DNA from: Ignicoccus hospitalis KIN4/I
Lineage (GTDB): Archaea; Thermoproteota; Thermoprotei_A; Sulfolobales; Ignicoccaceae
Length of the DNA stretch: 32,000 nucleotides
Assembly: GCF_000017945.1 (NCBI RefSeq)
Contig: NC_009776.1
Span: 510,001 to 542,000, forward strand
Reading direction: 5' to 3'
Shown: positions 24,966 to 32,000 of the stretch, in pieces
Layout of the letters: each line of letters opens with the position of its first letter
How positions within the stretch are numbered: position 1 is the stretch's first letter
The notes under the pieces: generated by a model
Told to the model about the DNA's origin: nothing
Seen by the model: only the letters and a program-made list of their open reading frames with translations
Database searches by the model: none
Program-made: the position numbers and the translations under genes

Positions 24966-25401
24966 CGTCTTTTACCTCTTCCGCGCTAACCCCCCTCACG
25001 CGGGGCTTGATAATGCAATCAGTCCCCTCCACCCTGGCGGACGCGTCCCAAGGGGCCCTACAGAGCCCGCTCATTATCCCCGCAACCAAGCCCCTCTCGA
25101 AGGGACAGCCGTAGCTGAACCCCGGCGCGTCTCTGATTACGACCTCTTCTCCCTCCTTCTCAGCTTCCAGCCCTATCCACTTCACCAGCTCCGGTACCTT
25201 CTCTAACGCCTCTGGGGGTTCGAAGTGTTTCTTGAAGGCCGAAGAGGCCACCCGCGAACCAACCTCCCAGCCGAACTCGTAGAGGACCAAGGTGGCGAGT
25301 ATCTCGTCGCCCCTCTTGCTGACCTTGTCGTAGATCAAGGTGGGAGCGTCTATAGGTAACAACAGCGCCCTTACCTTCCCAAGCTTTATCAAGGTTCGCA
25401 C
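24919..25401 (-). CDS. V4R-like domain protein
   Basis: 160 aa. The GTG start is preceded by TAGGAGG with a 10-nt spacer. FSYGCPFERGLVAGIMSGLCRAPWDASARVEGTDCIIKP resembles the V4R core (C.f..G..aG.....l ... E....C), though the second Cys pair is less canonical. Confidence 0.55.
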   Translation of the reverse strand: MRTLIKLGKVRALLLPIDAPTLIYDKVSKRGDEILATLVLYEFGWEVGSRVASSAFKKHFEPPEALEKVPELVKWIGLEAEKEGEEVVIRDAPGFSYGCPFERGLVAGIMSGLCRAPWDASARVEGTDCIIKPRVRGVSAEEVKDVGEGVRSRLQGEDIL

Positions 25402-25411
25402 ACAAAAACGT

Positions 25412-25416
25412 CCTCC
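25412..25416 (-). promoter_or_regulatory. Shine-Dalgarno-like GGAGG for the V4R-like ORF
   Basis: The reverse strand reads TAGGAGGacgtttttgtGTG, within the 26-nt spacer after the CBS gene. Confidence 0.5.
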
Positions 25417-25427
25417 TAGGGGTATTA

Positions 25428-25844
25428 TTAGCAGTAGAAGAGGTGGAGGAGCAAGAGCAAGCTCTCCAGTATGTCTCTGAAGGCGACCACTCCTACGGGC
25501 CTCCCCTTGTCGTCCACCACGGGCAAGTGCCTCACGTTAGCGTCCTTCATTATCTTTATAGCTTCCATTATATCCGTTTTGGCCTTGACACTTATAGGGT
25601 CTTCAGTCATCACGTCACTTGCCTTAAGCTTGACCCCTTCCTCCCCTTCGCTGAGGGCGTACAACAAGTCCCTCTCAGTTACGATGCCTATGAGCTTGTC
25701 GTCCTCTATTACCAACGCCGAACCGTAGCCGTGCTCCAGCATCTTCTTAGCGACGTCCACTACGCTCTCGTCAGGGCTGACCACTAGGGGAGGCGTGGTC
25801 ATGATGTCGTCGACCGTGAGTGGGATCTTCCTCCTACGACGCAC
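25428..25844 (-). CDS. CBS-pair domain protein
   Basis: 138 aa. Two tandem CBS motifs: VDDIMTTPPLVVSPDESVVDVAKKMLEHGYGSALV....GIVTERDLL, and VMTEDPISVKAKTDIMEAIKIMKDANVRHLPVVD....GVVAFRDIL. Confidence 0.87.
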   Translation of the reverse strand: MRRRRKIPLTVDDIMTTPPLVVSPDESVVDVAKKMLEHGYGSALVIEDDKLIGIVTERDLLYALSEGEEGVKLKASDVMTEDPISVKAKTDIMEAIKIMKDANVRHLPVVDDKGRPVGVVAFRDILESLLLLLHLFYC

Positions 25845-25944
25845 CGCGCTTCCCTGTGGAGGTCGAAACGCGAAGGTTATTGGGTGTTAGAGGAAGGACG
25901 TCGTTATTTACCTTCGAGGAAGCCCCCTCGGAGGTGTCCGGACC

Positions 25945-26511
25945 TTGATTAGGGCGCTCCCGGCCTTGCTGGCCTTGGCGTTGCTCGTAACTGCGGAGCC
26001 ATGGGCGGTGCCAGGGTTCACCTTGGTATATTCGTACCACGTGAAGGCCTCCGGATTGTTGTCCCTCAGGGGAAAGGAAGTCAACGGCACCATAACTTAC
26101 GTCTACTTAAACACCACCGGCAACACTATATACGTTAATATGACCGTCAACGCTAACGTAACCCTTCCCAATGGAAAGATAAAGGTGTTTAAGAGTTCGA
26201 CGATAATGAAGTTTAGAGACGACGCGTCGCTGATATTCTTAACTAACAAGACGTTGGAAGGGCTAAGGGGGCAAATGCGTTGCGAGGACGGGTACTGTAC
26301 CTTGAACGTCTCCACTGAGCAAGCGTTGAACACGGGAGCTAAGGTAGTACTGAACGCCACTTCCAAGTTCGACTTGAAGTACATGGTTATGGTTGAAAGT
26401 CACAGCGTGTTGAAAATGGCGAGCTTGCACGGGAAGAGGGCCCTAGGGACCATGACCACTGAGATGAGGCTGGTTAAGATCGTTCCTCCCTCAACGGGTA
26501 ACGTCCGGTAA
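25945..26511 (+). CDS. Hypothetical secreted, sequon-rich protein
   Basis: 188 aa with a TTG start. Signal-peptide-like N-terminus MIRALPALLALALLVTAEPWA. Seven N-x-S/T sequons (NGT, NTT, NMT, NVT, NKT, NVS, NAT). The 3' end overlaps the PurF-like gene by 38 nt. Confidence 0.6.
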   Translation: MIRALPALLALALLVTAEPWAVPGFTLVYSYHVKASGLLSLRGKEVNGTITYVYLNTTGNTIYVNMTVNANVTLPNGKIKVFKSSTIMKFRDDASLIFLTNKTLEGLRGQMRCEDGYCTLNVSTEQALNTGAKVVLNATSKFDLKYMVMVESHSVLKMASLHGKRALGTMTTEMRLVKIVPPSTGNVR

Positions 26512-27748
26512 AGCAGCCCATACAAGCCTTGATCGGTATTAGTTTTTCTAACTCCTCCGGCGGGAGCCACTCGATGCTCTTAGCCCCTATATACTCGGCT
26601 ATCTTTTCGTTGTCCATCTTAGCGGCGATCAGCTGGTCCGCGGGGGGCACCTCCACGCCGTAAGGGCAATGGCTTATTATCTTCGGGCTCCCTATGAGTA
26701 CGTCGACGCTCACAGCTCCCACCTTGCTCTTTAGGGTTTGTATCACCGTCTTCAAGGTCAGGCCTCTGACCACGCTATCATCAATAATAAGGGCCCTCTT
26801 CTTTCTGAAGGTGCTCCTTATCGGGTTCAGCTTCAATTGTACTCCTATCAACCTCTCGCTCAAGTCTGGCTTTATGGCAGTCCTCGCCTTCCTCCCGGTA
26901 GCGATAAAGCCCAAGCGGTAGTCTTTCTTGGCCTCCTTAGAGTACCCTATCGCAAATGGTATCGCAGTCTCCGGGACGCCCACGACCACGTCCACGTCCC
27001 TCGGGTAGAGCTGGGCGAGCCTCTTGCCTATCCTCTCCCTCACTTCGTAGACCTCTACGCCGTCTATGACCGAGTCCGGCCTCGCGTTGTAGATGTACTC
27101 GAAGGCACAGACCACCTTCTCGCTGGGCTTCACCGAAACCTCGTTGAAGTACAGCTGAGAGGCGTAGAAGCCCGTCCCGGGGTCGAGGTCCTTCTTCAAG
27201 TCGGCGCCTATGACGTCGAACGCACAGCTCTCGGAGGCGAAGGTGACCATGTCGAAGCCCAAGCCTCCCAGCTGGAGGGGCCTCAGCCCCGGAGGGGAGC
27301 GGTAGGCCAAGAGCTCGCCGGAGGCAGTTAAGGCGAGCATGCTAAAGGCTCCCTTTAAGTCCTTCACGAGCTCTTTGAGTAGGTCCTCCCCCTCGTAGCC
27401 GCTGGCCTTCAGCTCCGAGAGCTTCTTGGCGACGTCGTAGGGAGTGGCGTTGAACAGCCTGCCGTCCAAGACTACAGCCGCCTCCGCGGGCTCTTCTGAG
27501 TAGGCCCGGTAACCCGGGTGTTCGCTCCACACCCCTCCTATGGCCGCCCAGCCGGCCAAGTTGGTGGCTGGAGGCAAGACCTCGTCGACGAAGCCCTTGC
27601 CACAGACCCACTCTATCTTTTCACCGTCGGCGACGTAGAGGCACGCCTCCTCTTGTCCCCTGTGTTGGAGCGAGAGCAAGGAGTAGTACACGAACCTAGC
27701 TACGTTCCATACCGGGTCGAAGGCCAGAGCGCCCGCTATTCCGGCCAA
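26474..27748 (-). CDS. Amidophosphoribosyltransferase (PurF)-like protein lacking the N-terminal catalytic Cys
   Basis: 424 aa. LQHRGQE, the PRPP loop ALIIDDSVVRG, and Fe-S ligand contexts VVCAFEYIYNARPDS, SHCPYG and CMGCFTGRYP. The N-terminus is TTG-GCC-GGA-ATA = M-A-G-I instead of M-C-G-I. An in-frame TGA lies two codons upstream. Confidence 0.85.
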   Translation of the reverse strand: MAGIAGALAFDPVWNVARFVYYSLLSLQHRGQEEACLYVADGEKIEWVCGKGFVDEVLPPATNLAGWAAIGGVWSEHPGYRAYSEEPAEAAVVLDGRLFNATPYDVAKKLSELKASGYEGEDLLKELVKDLKGAFSMLALTASGELLAYRSPPGLRPLQLGGLGFDMVTFASESCAFDVIGADLKKDLDPGTGFYASQLYFNEVSVKPSEKVVCAFEYIYNARPDSVIDGVEVYEVRERIGKRLAQLYPRDVDVVVGVPETAIPFAIGYSKEAKKDYRLGFIATGRKARTAIKPDLSERLIGVQLKLNPIRSTFRKKRALIIDDSVVRGLTLKTVIQTLKSKVGAVSVDVLIGSPKIISHCPYGVEVPPADQLIAAKMDNEKIAEYIGAKSIEWLPPEELEKLIPIKACMGCFTGRYPLREERS

Positions 27749-27754
27749 CCTTCA

Positions 27755-29272
27755 CTACCGCTGTCGCGGTCCTCCCCTTAGGTTAAATTCGACCCCGCCG
27801 AACAAGGCCTTGTAGGCGTTCAGCTCGCTGCAATAGCTTATCCCACCTACCTCGAGCTGGGAGGCGACGTGCCACAACGCCTTCACCGGGTCCGCCCAGC
27901 CCCTCCTCACCCCCTCTTGTTCGTATACGCAGCCCACCGTGAGCAGTACGAGCTTCGCGACCGTCTGAGGGGGCAAGACGCCTTGCTTATACTTTGAGTA
28001 ACACTCCTTGCAAAGCAGTACCTTGAGCAAGTCCTCGGACTTGTTTAAGAAACTGGATATGTCGAATACGTTCTCGAACTCCCCTCGAGAAACCCTCTCG
28101 ACAAACCTTTCAACAGCATTTATATATTCGTCGACGTCCACGTCTAAGAACTTGTCGCAGACCGCGCACTTGGGCCTGAATATCCTCTTAACTACCAAGT
28201 TCTTCCAAACGCACTCGCCCTCACCCTCTACGACTCTAATCATCTTTATGTTCAAACCCAGCGCGTCCAGCTTCTTCTGCACCGGACAAGCCCTCACGCA
28301 TGCATGGCAGCCCACGCACGCGGCCGGCAGGTGAGTTAAGATCACCATAGCCGGGGTGGGCGTTCTGAGGACCAGCGAGCGCGTGGGACAAGCCTCGCTG
28401 CAAGCTGTACACGCGTCGCAGAGCTTCGGGTTTACCACGACTTCGTAGAAGTCCTCCAAAGAGTAGGCCATCTTTATCGAGACCAAGGGGGAGACGTCCT
28501 CGGGGAGGGAGTGGTCGCAACGCCGGGGCTCCGCTTTGGAGGGCCTCACGCAGCCCTCGTCGTCACAGTACTCCCAGCCCAAGACCTTGGTGAAGTATTC
28601 TACAATTATCCTGACGCGTAATGGTATTCCTAACACGACCAACGTCCTTTCCTTAAAGTCCGACGGGGAGAGCGTGTCGGGGGTCCTCCAGACCACCCTT
28701 TCGGCCGCGCCGGCCTTGGCCGGAGGGACGGCCGCGAAGAGCTCGTTGGGCGCGAGGCCGGGCATGTCGAGGGAGTAAAGTGGGCAAGCGGCCACGCACA
28801 GGCCGCAAGAGGTACACTTGTCCGGGTCTATCGATACCCTACCCTCCTTGAGCCTTATCGCATTAGAAGGGCAAACCGACTTACACATCCTACATGAAGG
28901 GGACGCGCAAGCGAAGGTGTTCTCCGGTACTGCGACAATCCTAGCCTTGAGCCCTTCCTTTACTAGCTTCTGGATTGCGCCCCTGCGGTCGACCTTCCCC
29001 CTCGGGTACTGGAAGCTTACGGAGTAGTGCACCTCCCAGTGGTCCGCGAGCTTGGCGAGGGTCTCCACTACCTCTTCGGGACAGCCGTCGTGGCACAAGA
29101 AAAGCCGGTACCAGAAGGAGTCCTTCGCTTCCTTCGCGAGCTCCGTCAGACCCTCCGGGTCCCCGACCGCTACCACGCCCCCCCTCTTCAAGGCGTTGCG
29201 TACGTCGTCCTTCACGACGGGGTACTTGTCGAAGGCGCTCGGTCTGTCGCTTAACTTGATCACTTCTACCAT
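27755..29272 (-). CDS. Polyferredoxin-like Fe-S protein (four 4Fe-4S-type motifs plus a CxxC...CxxC ribbon)
   Basis: 505 aa with an ATG start. Cluster motifs CASPSCRMCKSVCP, CTSCGLCVAACP, CDACTACSEACP and CVGCHACVRACP. C-terminal CAVCDKF...CKECYSKY. The N- and C-terminal regions are unassigned. Confidence 0.8.
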   Translation of the reverse strand: MVEVIKLSDRPSAFDKYPVVKDDVRNALKRGGVVAVGDPEGLTELAKEAKDSFWYRLFLCHDGCPEEVVETLAKLADHWEVHYSVSFQYPRGKVDRRGAIQKLVKEGLKARIVAVPENTFACASPSCRMCKSVCPSNAIRLKEGRVSIDPDKCTSCGLCVAACPLYSLDMPGLAPNELFAAVPPAKAGAAERVVWRTPDTLSPSDFKERTLVVLGIPLRVRIIVEYFTKVLGWEYCDDEGCVRPSKAEPRRCDHSLPEDVSPLVSIKMAYSLEDFYEVVVNPKLCDACTACSEACPTRSLVLRTPTPAMVILTHLPAACVGCHACVRACPVQKKLDALGLNIKMIRVVEGEGECVWKNLVVKRIFRPKCAVCDKFLDVDVDEYINAVERFVERVSRGEFENVFDISSFLNKSEDLLKVLLCKECYSKYKQGVLPPQTVAKLVLLTVGCVYEQEGVRRGWADPVKALWHVASQLEVGGISYCSELNAYKALFGGVEFNLRGGPRQR

Positions 29273-29324
29273 TTGCGCTCATAGGGAGTTCGCGGGAGAA
29301 GTAATATCGTGTGGCCCTCAAAAA

Positions 29325-29333
29325 CTTAATAAT
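29325..29333 (+). promoter_or_regulatory. TATA-like box (CTTAATAAT) upstream of tRNA-Pro
   Basis: caAAAACTTAATAATCCC lies 30-38 nt upstream of the tRNA 5' end (29363). It is similar to the tRNA-iMet upstream box. Confidence 0.45.
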
Positions 29334-29362
29334 CCCTTGAGGGTTGCCGTAGGACGGCGAGA

Positions 29363-29477
29363 GGGCCCGTCGTCTAGCCTGGACTAGGATGCGGGGTACG
29401 CCGGCGAGCCCCGCGACGGGTCCGGCGCCCGACTCGGGTCCCCGTGGCCCCGGGTTCAAATCCCGGCGGGCCCACCA
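29363..29477 (+). tRNA. tRNA-Pro (CGG) with a 36-nt intron, CCA encoded
   Basis: Hand fold: GGGCCCG UC GUCU AGCCUGGACUA GGAU G CGGGG U[intron]UCGGGU CCCCG UGGCC CCGGG UUCAAAU CCCGG CGGGCCC A CCA. After splicing the anticodon loop is UUCGGGU, giving anticodon CGG, G37 and discriminator A73. The mature length is 79 nt. Confidence 0.88.
29398..29433 (+). other. tRNA intron bounded by a bulge-helix-bulge (hBHBh') motif, inserted between tRNA positions 32 and 33
   Basis: The central 4-bp helix pairs 29392-29395 (CGGG) with 29428-29431 (CCCG). The 3-nt bulges are GUA (29396-98) and ACU (29432-34). The intron helix pairs 29399-29404 (CGCCGG) with 29422-29427 (CCGGCG). The outer exon helix has G29391:C29435 and U29390:G29436. 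The exact cleavage phase within the bulges is assumed to be after the 2nd bulge nucleotide. Confidence 0.75.
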
Positions 29478-29522
29478 CTCAAAACTCCTACGCGAACTCC
29501 TCTCGGTCTGGGCCCACAAGTA

Positions 29523-30248
29523 TTGAGACCGCCCAAGTTTGTTCTAGATGAGATAGCGAAAAGCATCGCCGGGGAGATAGCGCTCTCCGACGATCCGGGT
29601 TCGACCTTGAAGAAGTGGAGGGAGATCTTCGAAGTGGGCATAAGGGAGCTGGCGAGAAAGATGAACGTTTCGCCGAGCGTCATAAGCGACTACGAGAAGA
29701 ACAAGAGGGCGCCCGGAAGCAAGTACATCAAGAAGTTCGTGAGGGCCTTAATGGAGATAGACGCAGAAAGGGACTGGAAGGTAATAAATTCCTTGGCCCA
29801 AAAGATGTTAGGCATAAAGAGCAAGGCGTTGGACATTTATGAGTATAAAAGGAGCGTGCGCTTGGAGGAATTGGTCAACGCCTCCAAGGGCTACATAGTT
29901 AACTCCCGATTCGACCCGAACGAGGTGGTCTACGGCTTTATCATATTGGATAGCCTCAGAAGCATAGAAGAACTCGACTCTAAGGACTTCTTACTGCTCA
30001 TGTCTATGTCGTACAAGAAGGCTTTGGTCTTCACTAAGGTGGGCACCGGGAGGCCGCCGATGGTGGCGGTTAGGATATCCCAGATAAAGCCGGTCGTGGT
30101 CATACTCCACAAGCCGGTCAACTTGGACCGGCTGGCGGTGAGGATAGCCGAAAAAGAGGGGATAGCGCTAATAGTCTCCCTGTGCTCCGAGCCGGGCGAG
30201 CTCATGGACCGGTTGAGGCTCTTGGACGTTCAACAGCCCTCCTCTTGA
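29523..30248 (+). CDS. HTH (XRE-type) transcriptional regulator with an uncharacterised C-terminal domain
   Basis: 241 aa with a TTG start. LKKWREIFEVGIRELARKMNVSPSVISDYEKNKRAPGSKYIKKF is a classic HTH_3/XRE helix-turn-helix. The C-terminal ~150 aa are unassigned. Confidence 0.75.
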   Translation: MRPPKFVLDEIAKSIAGEIALSDDPGSTLKKWREIFEVGIRELARKMNVSPSVISDYEKNKRAPGSKYIKKFVRALMEIDAERDWKVINSLAQKMLGIKSKALDIYEYKRSVRLEELVNASKGYIVNSRFDPNEVVYGFIILDSLRSIEELDSKDFLLLMSMSYKKALVFTKVGTGRPPMVAVRISQIKPVVVILHKPVNLDRLAVRIAEKEGIALIVSLCSEPGELMDRLRLLDVQQPSS

Positions 30249-30604
30249 AGCTTGACTATCGCCTCGGCGATGTCCCCCTTCGTCTCGATAAGCGCTTGCT
30301 TAGCCTTCTCCGGCGAGCACCCGGTCTGCTCGACCACGACCTTCACGTCGTCCTCGGAGACCTCTTGGACTTCCTGCCCTTCCTCGACCCCCTTTTCTTT
30401 GACCACCTCCTTAGGGTTGAGTATTTGGTACGCCTTAGCTTGGCCGGGCAGCTCCAGCTCCAATACCTTGGGCTCGACCAATATTATCTTTTCGTCCACC
30501 CCCTCTATTATCACGCGTTCAACCCCCTCTAGCTCGTAGACCTTTAACCCCGCCTTCTTCAACATCTTCTCTAGGGCCTTCATGTTGAAGCCGAACGGGA
30601 GCAC
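30230..30604 (-). CDS. nac: Nascent polypeptide-associated complex protein (archaeal NAC, NAC + UBA domains)
   Basis: 124 aa. The GTG start is preceded by GGAGGTG. NAC domain (ELEGVERVIIEGVDEKIILVEPKVLELELPGQAKAYQI) and a C-terminal UBA-like region (DVKVVVEQTGCSPEKAKQALIETKGDIAEAI). Confidence 0.87.
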   Translation of the reverse strand: MLPFGFNMKALEKMLKKAGLKVYELEGVERVIIEGVDEKIILVEPKVLELELPGQAKAYQILNPKEVVKEKGVEEGQEVQEVSEDDVKVVVEQTGCSPEKAKQALIETKGDIAEAIVKLQEEGC

Positions 30605-30674
30605 CGCGTTACCACCTCCCTTAAATTGCCTTCGTGAACCGGTCCAAAAGGGTTTAGATAAGCGGTGATGGGGA

Positions 30675-31961
30675 ATGGGCGCAGAGATAACTTTCTTGGG
30701 CGGCGCTAGGGAGGTGGGCAGAGCCGCTTATTGGGTCAAGGACGGCAAGGCGAGTCTCCTCCTCGACTACGGGGTCAGCTTCGACGAAGAGGATAGGCCG
30801 GTGTTCCCGGAGTACGTGTCTCCCAAGGACGTGGGCGCGGTGGTGCTCAGCCACGCCCACTTGGACCACTCCGGCGCGCTGCCGATGCTTTACTCCGCCA
30901 TCCGCAGGCCTGCCTACATGACAAAGCTGACCAAAGAGCTCACCGCGATACTGATAAACGACTTCTTGAAACTTTCGGGATACTACGCGACCTACGGAGA
31001 GACCGAAGTCAAGGAGTTCTTAGAATCCGTGAGGACCGTAGACTACAGGAGGACCGTGGAGATACCGGAGGCCGGCGGGACCCTCTTGACCTTCTACGAC
31101 GCCGGCCACATACCGGGCAGCGCAATGGTGAAGTTAGAGCTCCCCAGCGGCTTGAAGCTGCTCTACACCGGCGACGTCAGGTTGAGCGAGACCCAGCTGC
31201 TGGGAGGGGCGGACGTCAGCGGCTTGGAAGCGGACGTGTTAATAATAGAAGCCACGTACGGGAAGTCCGACCATCCCCCCAGGGAGAACGTGGAGGCGCT
31301 GTTCGTCAGCGACGTGAGGGAGGTTTTGCAGGGCGGCGGGACGGTACTCGTCCCGGCCTTCGGCGTAGGAAGGGGTCAAGAGATACTCGCGGTGCTCGCG
31401 GACCACGAGGTGGAGGGAGACGTTTACCTAGACGGCATGGTGAGGAACGTAACCGAGCTCTTGATTCAAGGCGAAAACAAAAAGTTCTTGAAAAATCCGG
31501 ACATGCTAGAGAAAGCCTACGAGGAGGCCAAGGTGGTGAGGGGCTGGCAAGATAGGAGGAGGGTGTGGAAGAGGAACGGCGTAATAATAGCTTCTGCCGG
31601 CATGCTCAGAGGCGGCCCATCTCTATATTACGCGAGGAAGATCCAAGGGATCCCGAAGGACGCTATCTTCTTGGTGTCCTTCCAAGCACCCGGGACCCCC
31701 GGGCGCAGGTTAGTGGAGGAAGGAGTCATCGAGGAGGGCGGACCCCGGGTGGAGGCGAGGACCCAGTGGTTCGACTTCTCCAGCCACGCGGGGGCCAGCG
31801 AACTCTTGGAGATAATAAAGTCGGTCAACAAATTGAAGAAGGTTATAATAGTTCACTCAGAAGAGAGCACGGCCCTCCACTTCGCGCAGAGGGTGAGGGA
31901 GGAGACGGGCCTCGACGTGATAGTTCCGAAACCAATGGAGACGCTGAAGGTCGAAGTATAG
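30675..31961 (+). CDS. Metallo-beta-lactamase / beta-CASP ribonuclease (aCPSF2-like, no KH domains)
   Basis: 428 aa. The ATG start is preceded by GGTGA. Motifs VLSHAHLDHSGALP (HxHxDH), YDAGHIPGS and EATYG, with a C-terminal HSE...-type motif (VIIVHSEES). Confidence 0.85.
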   Translation: MGAEITFLGGAREVGRAAYWVKDGKASLLLDYGVSFDEEDRPVFPEYVSPKDVGAVVLSHAHLDHSGALPMLYSAIRRPAYMTKLTKELTAILINDFLKLSGYYATYGETEVKEFLESVRTVDYRRTVEIPEAGGTLLTFYDAGHIPGSAMVKLELPSGLKLLYTGDVRLSETQLLGGADVSGLEADVLIIEATYGKSDHPPRENVEALFVSDVREVLQGGGTVLVPAFGVGRGQEILAVLADHEVEGDVYLDGMVRNVTELLIQGENKKFLKNPDMLEKAYEEAKVVRGWQDRRRVWKRNGVIIASAGMLRGGPSLYYARKIQGIPKDAIFLVSFQAPGTPGRRLVEEGVIEEGGPRVEARTQWFDFSSHAGASELLEIIKSVNKLKKVIIVHSEESTALHFAQRVREETGLDVIVPKPMETLKVEV

Positions 31962-32000
31962 CTACTTTTTATACAGCGGCTTCTTAACTTCGTGTACCTC

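Noticed and set aside
29392-29444. Canonical 37/38 intron placement, or use of the first CCCCG (29409-29413) as the 3' anticodon stem of tRNA-Pro
   Set aside because: Either option gives a loop without U33 or of the wrong length. Only the 32/33 placement gives a 7-nt loop and a perfect BHB.
28941-29519. 192-aa minus-strand ORF spanning the polyferredoxin 5' end and the tRNA-Pro locus
   Set aside because: It runs antisense through a well-folded tRNA gene and its promoter. It is extremely Arg/Gly/Pro-rich.
29272-29523. tRNA-Pro as an integration site for a mobile element or genomic island
   Set aside because: There is no integrase, no transposase, and no direct repeat of the tRNA 3' half that I could find in the window. 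The flanking genes look like ordinary chromosomal genes.
1-32000. CRISPR arrays, rRNA genes, IS elements, long tandem or dispersed repeats
   Set aside because: I found no regularly spaced repeats, no rRNA-like segments, and no transposase- or integrase-like ORFs when reading the window. An exhaustive repeat search could not be computed here.
31962-32000. Possible 3' end of a convergent minus-strand gene (reverse strand ...EVHEVKKPLYKK-TAG) and a T5 tract (31966-31970) after the beta-CASP gene
   Set aside because: Only 13 codons are visible, which is insufficient to support either a CDS or a terminator call.

Overview
Dense archaeal chromosome segment with almost no intergenic space: about 40 protein genes and 2 tRNAs. 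I saw no rRNA, CRISPR array, transposase or integrase. The gene content is typically archaeal: PAN, exosome Csl4, RpoL/Rpo11, NAC, RNase P Rpp29, an aCPSF2-type beta-CASP RNase, a uS19-uL22-uS3-uL29 block, HypC, and a 4-hydroxybutyryl-CoA dehydratase with Fe-S ligand motifs. One tRNA carries a bulge-helix-bulge intron at a non-canonical position. Coding regions look GC-rich by eye (single 60-nt lines counted at 33-65% GC), TTG/GTG starts are frequent, and ATGA/GTGA 4-nt overlaps are common. Together these suggest a hyperthermophilic crenarchaeon of the Desulfurococcales (Ignicoccus/Pyrodictium-like) type; this is inference and was not verified. Most of the window is housekeeping. The leads that known families do not explain are: (1) a PurF paralog whose glutaminase nucleophile Cys is replaced by Ala, sitting 6 nt behind a 505-aa four-cluster polyferredoxin; (2) an unassignable pair of ORFs, one Cys-rich and one Trp/acid-rich, overlapping by GTGA and sitting where the ribosomal operon normally continues, upstream of the 4-hydroxybutyryl-CoA dehydratase; (3) a gene truncated by the window edge, ATGA-coupled to glyS, with a CARF/Csa3-like Rossmann N-domain that runs into what looks like a PIN-domain start; (4) an AT-rich glycosyltransferase/AsnB segment apparently co-transcribed with a UbiD decarboxylase; (5) two V4R small-molecule-sensor-like proteins, one inside a CBS-V4R-pyrC operon. 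All family assignments are by-eye motif recognition. No database search was run.
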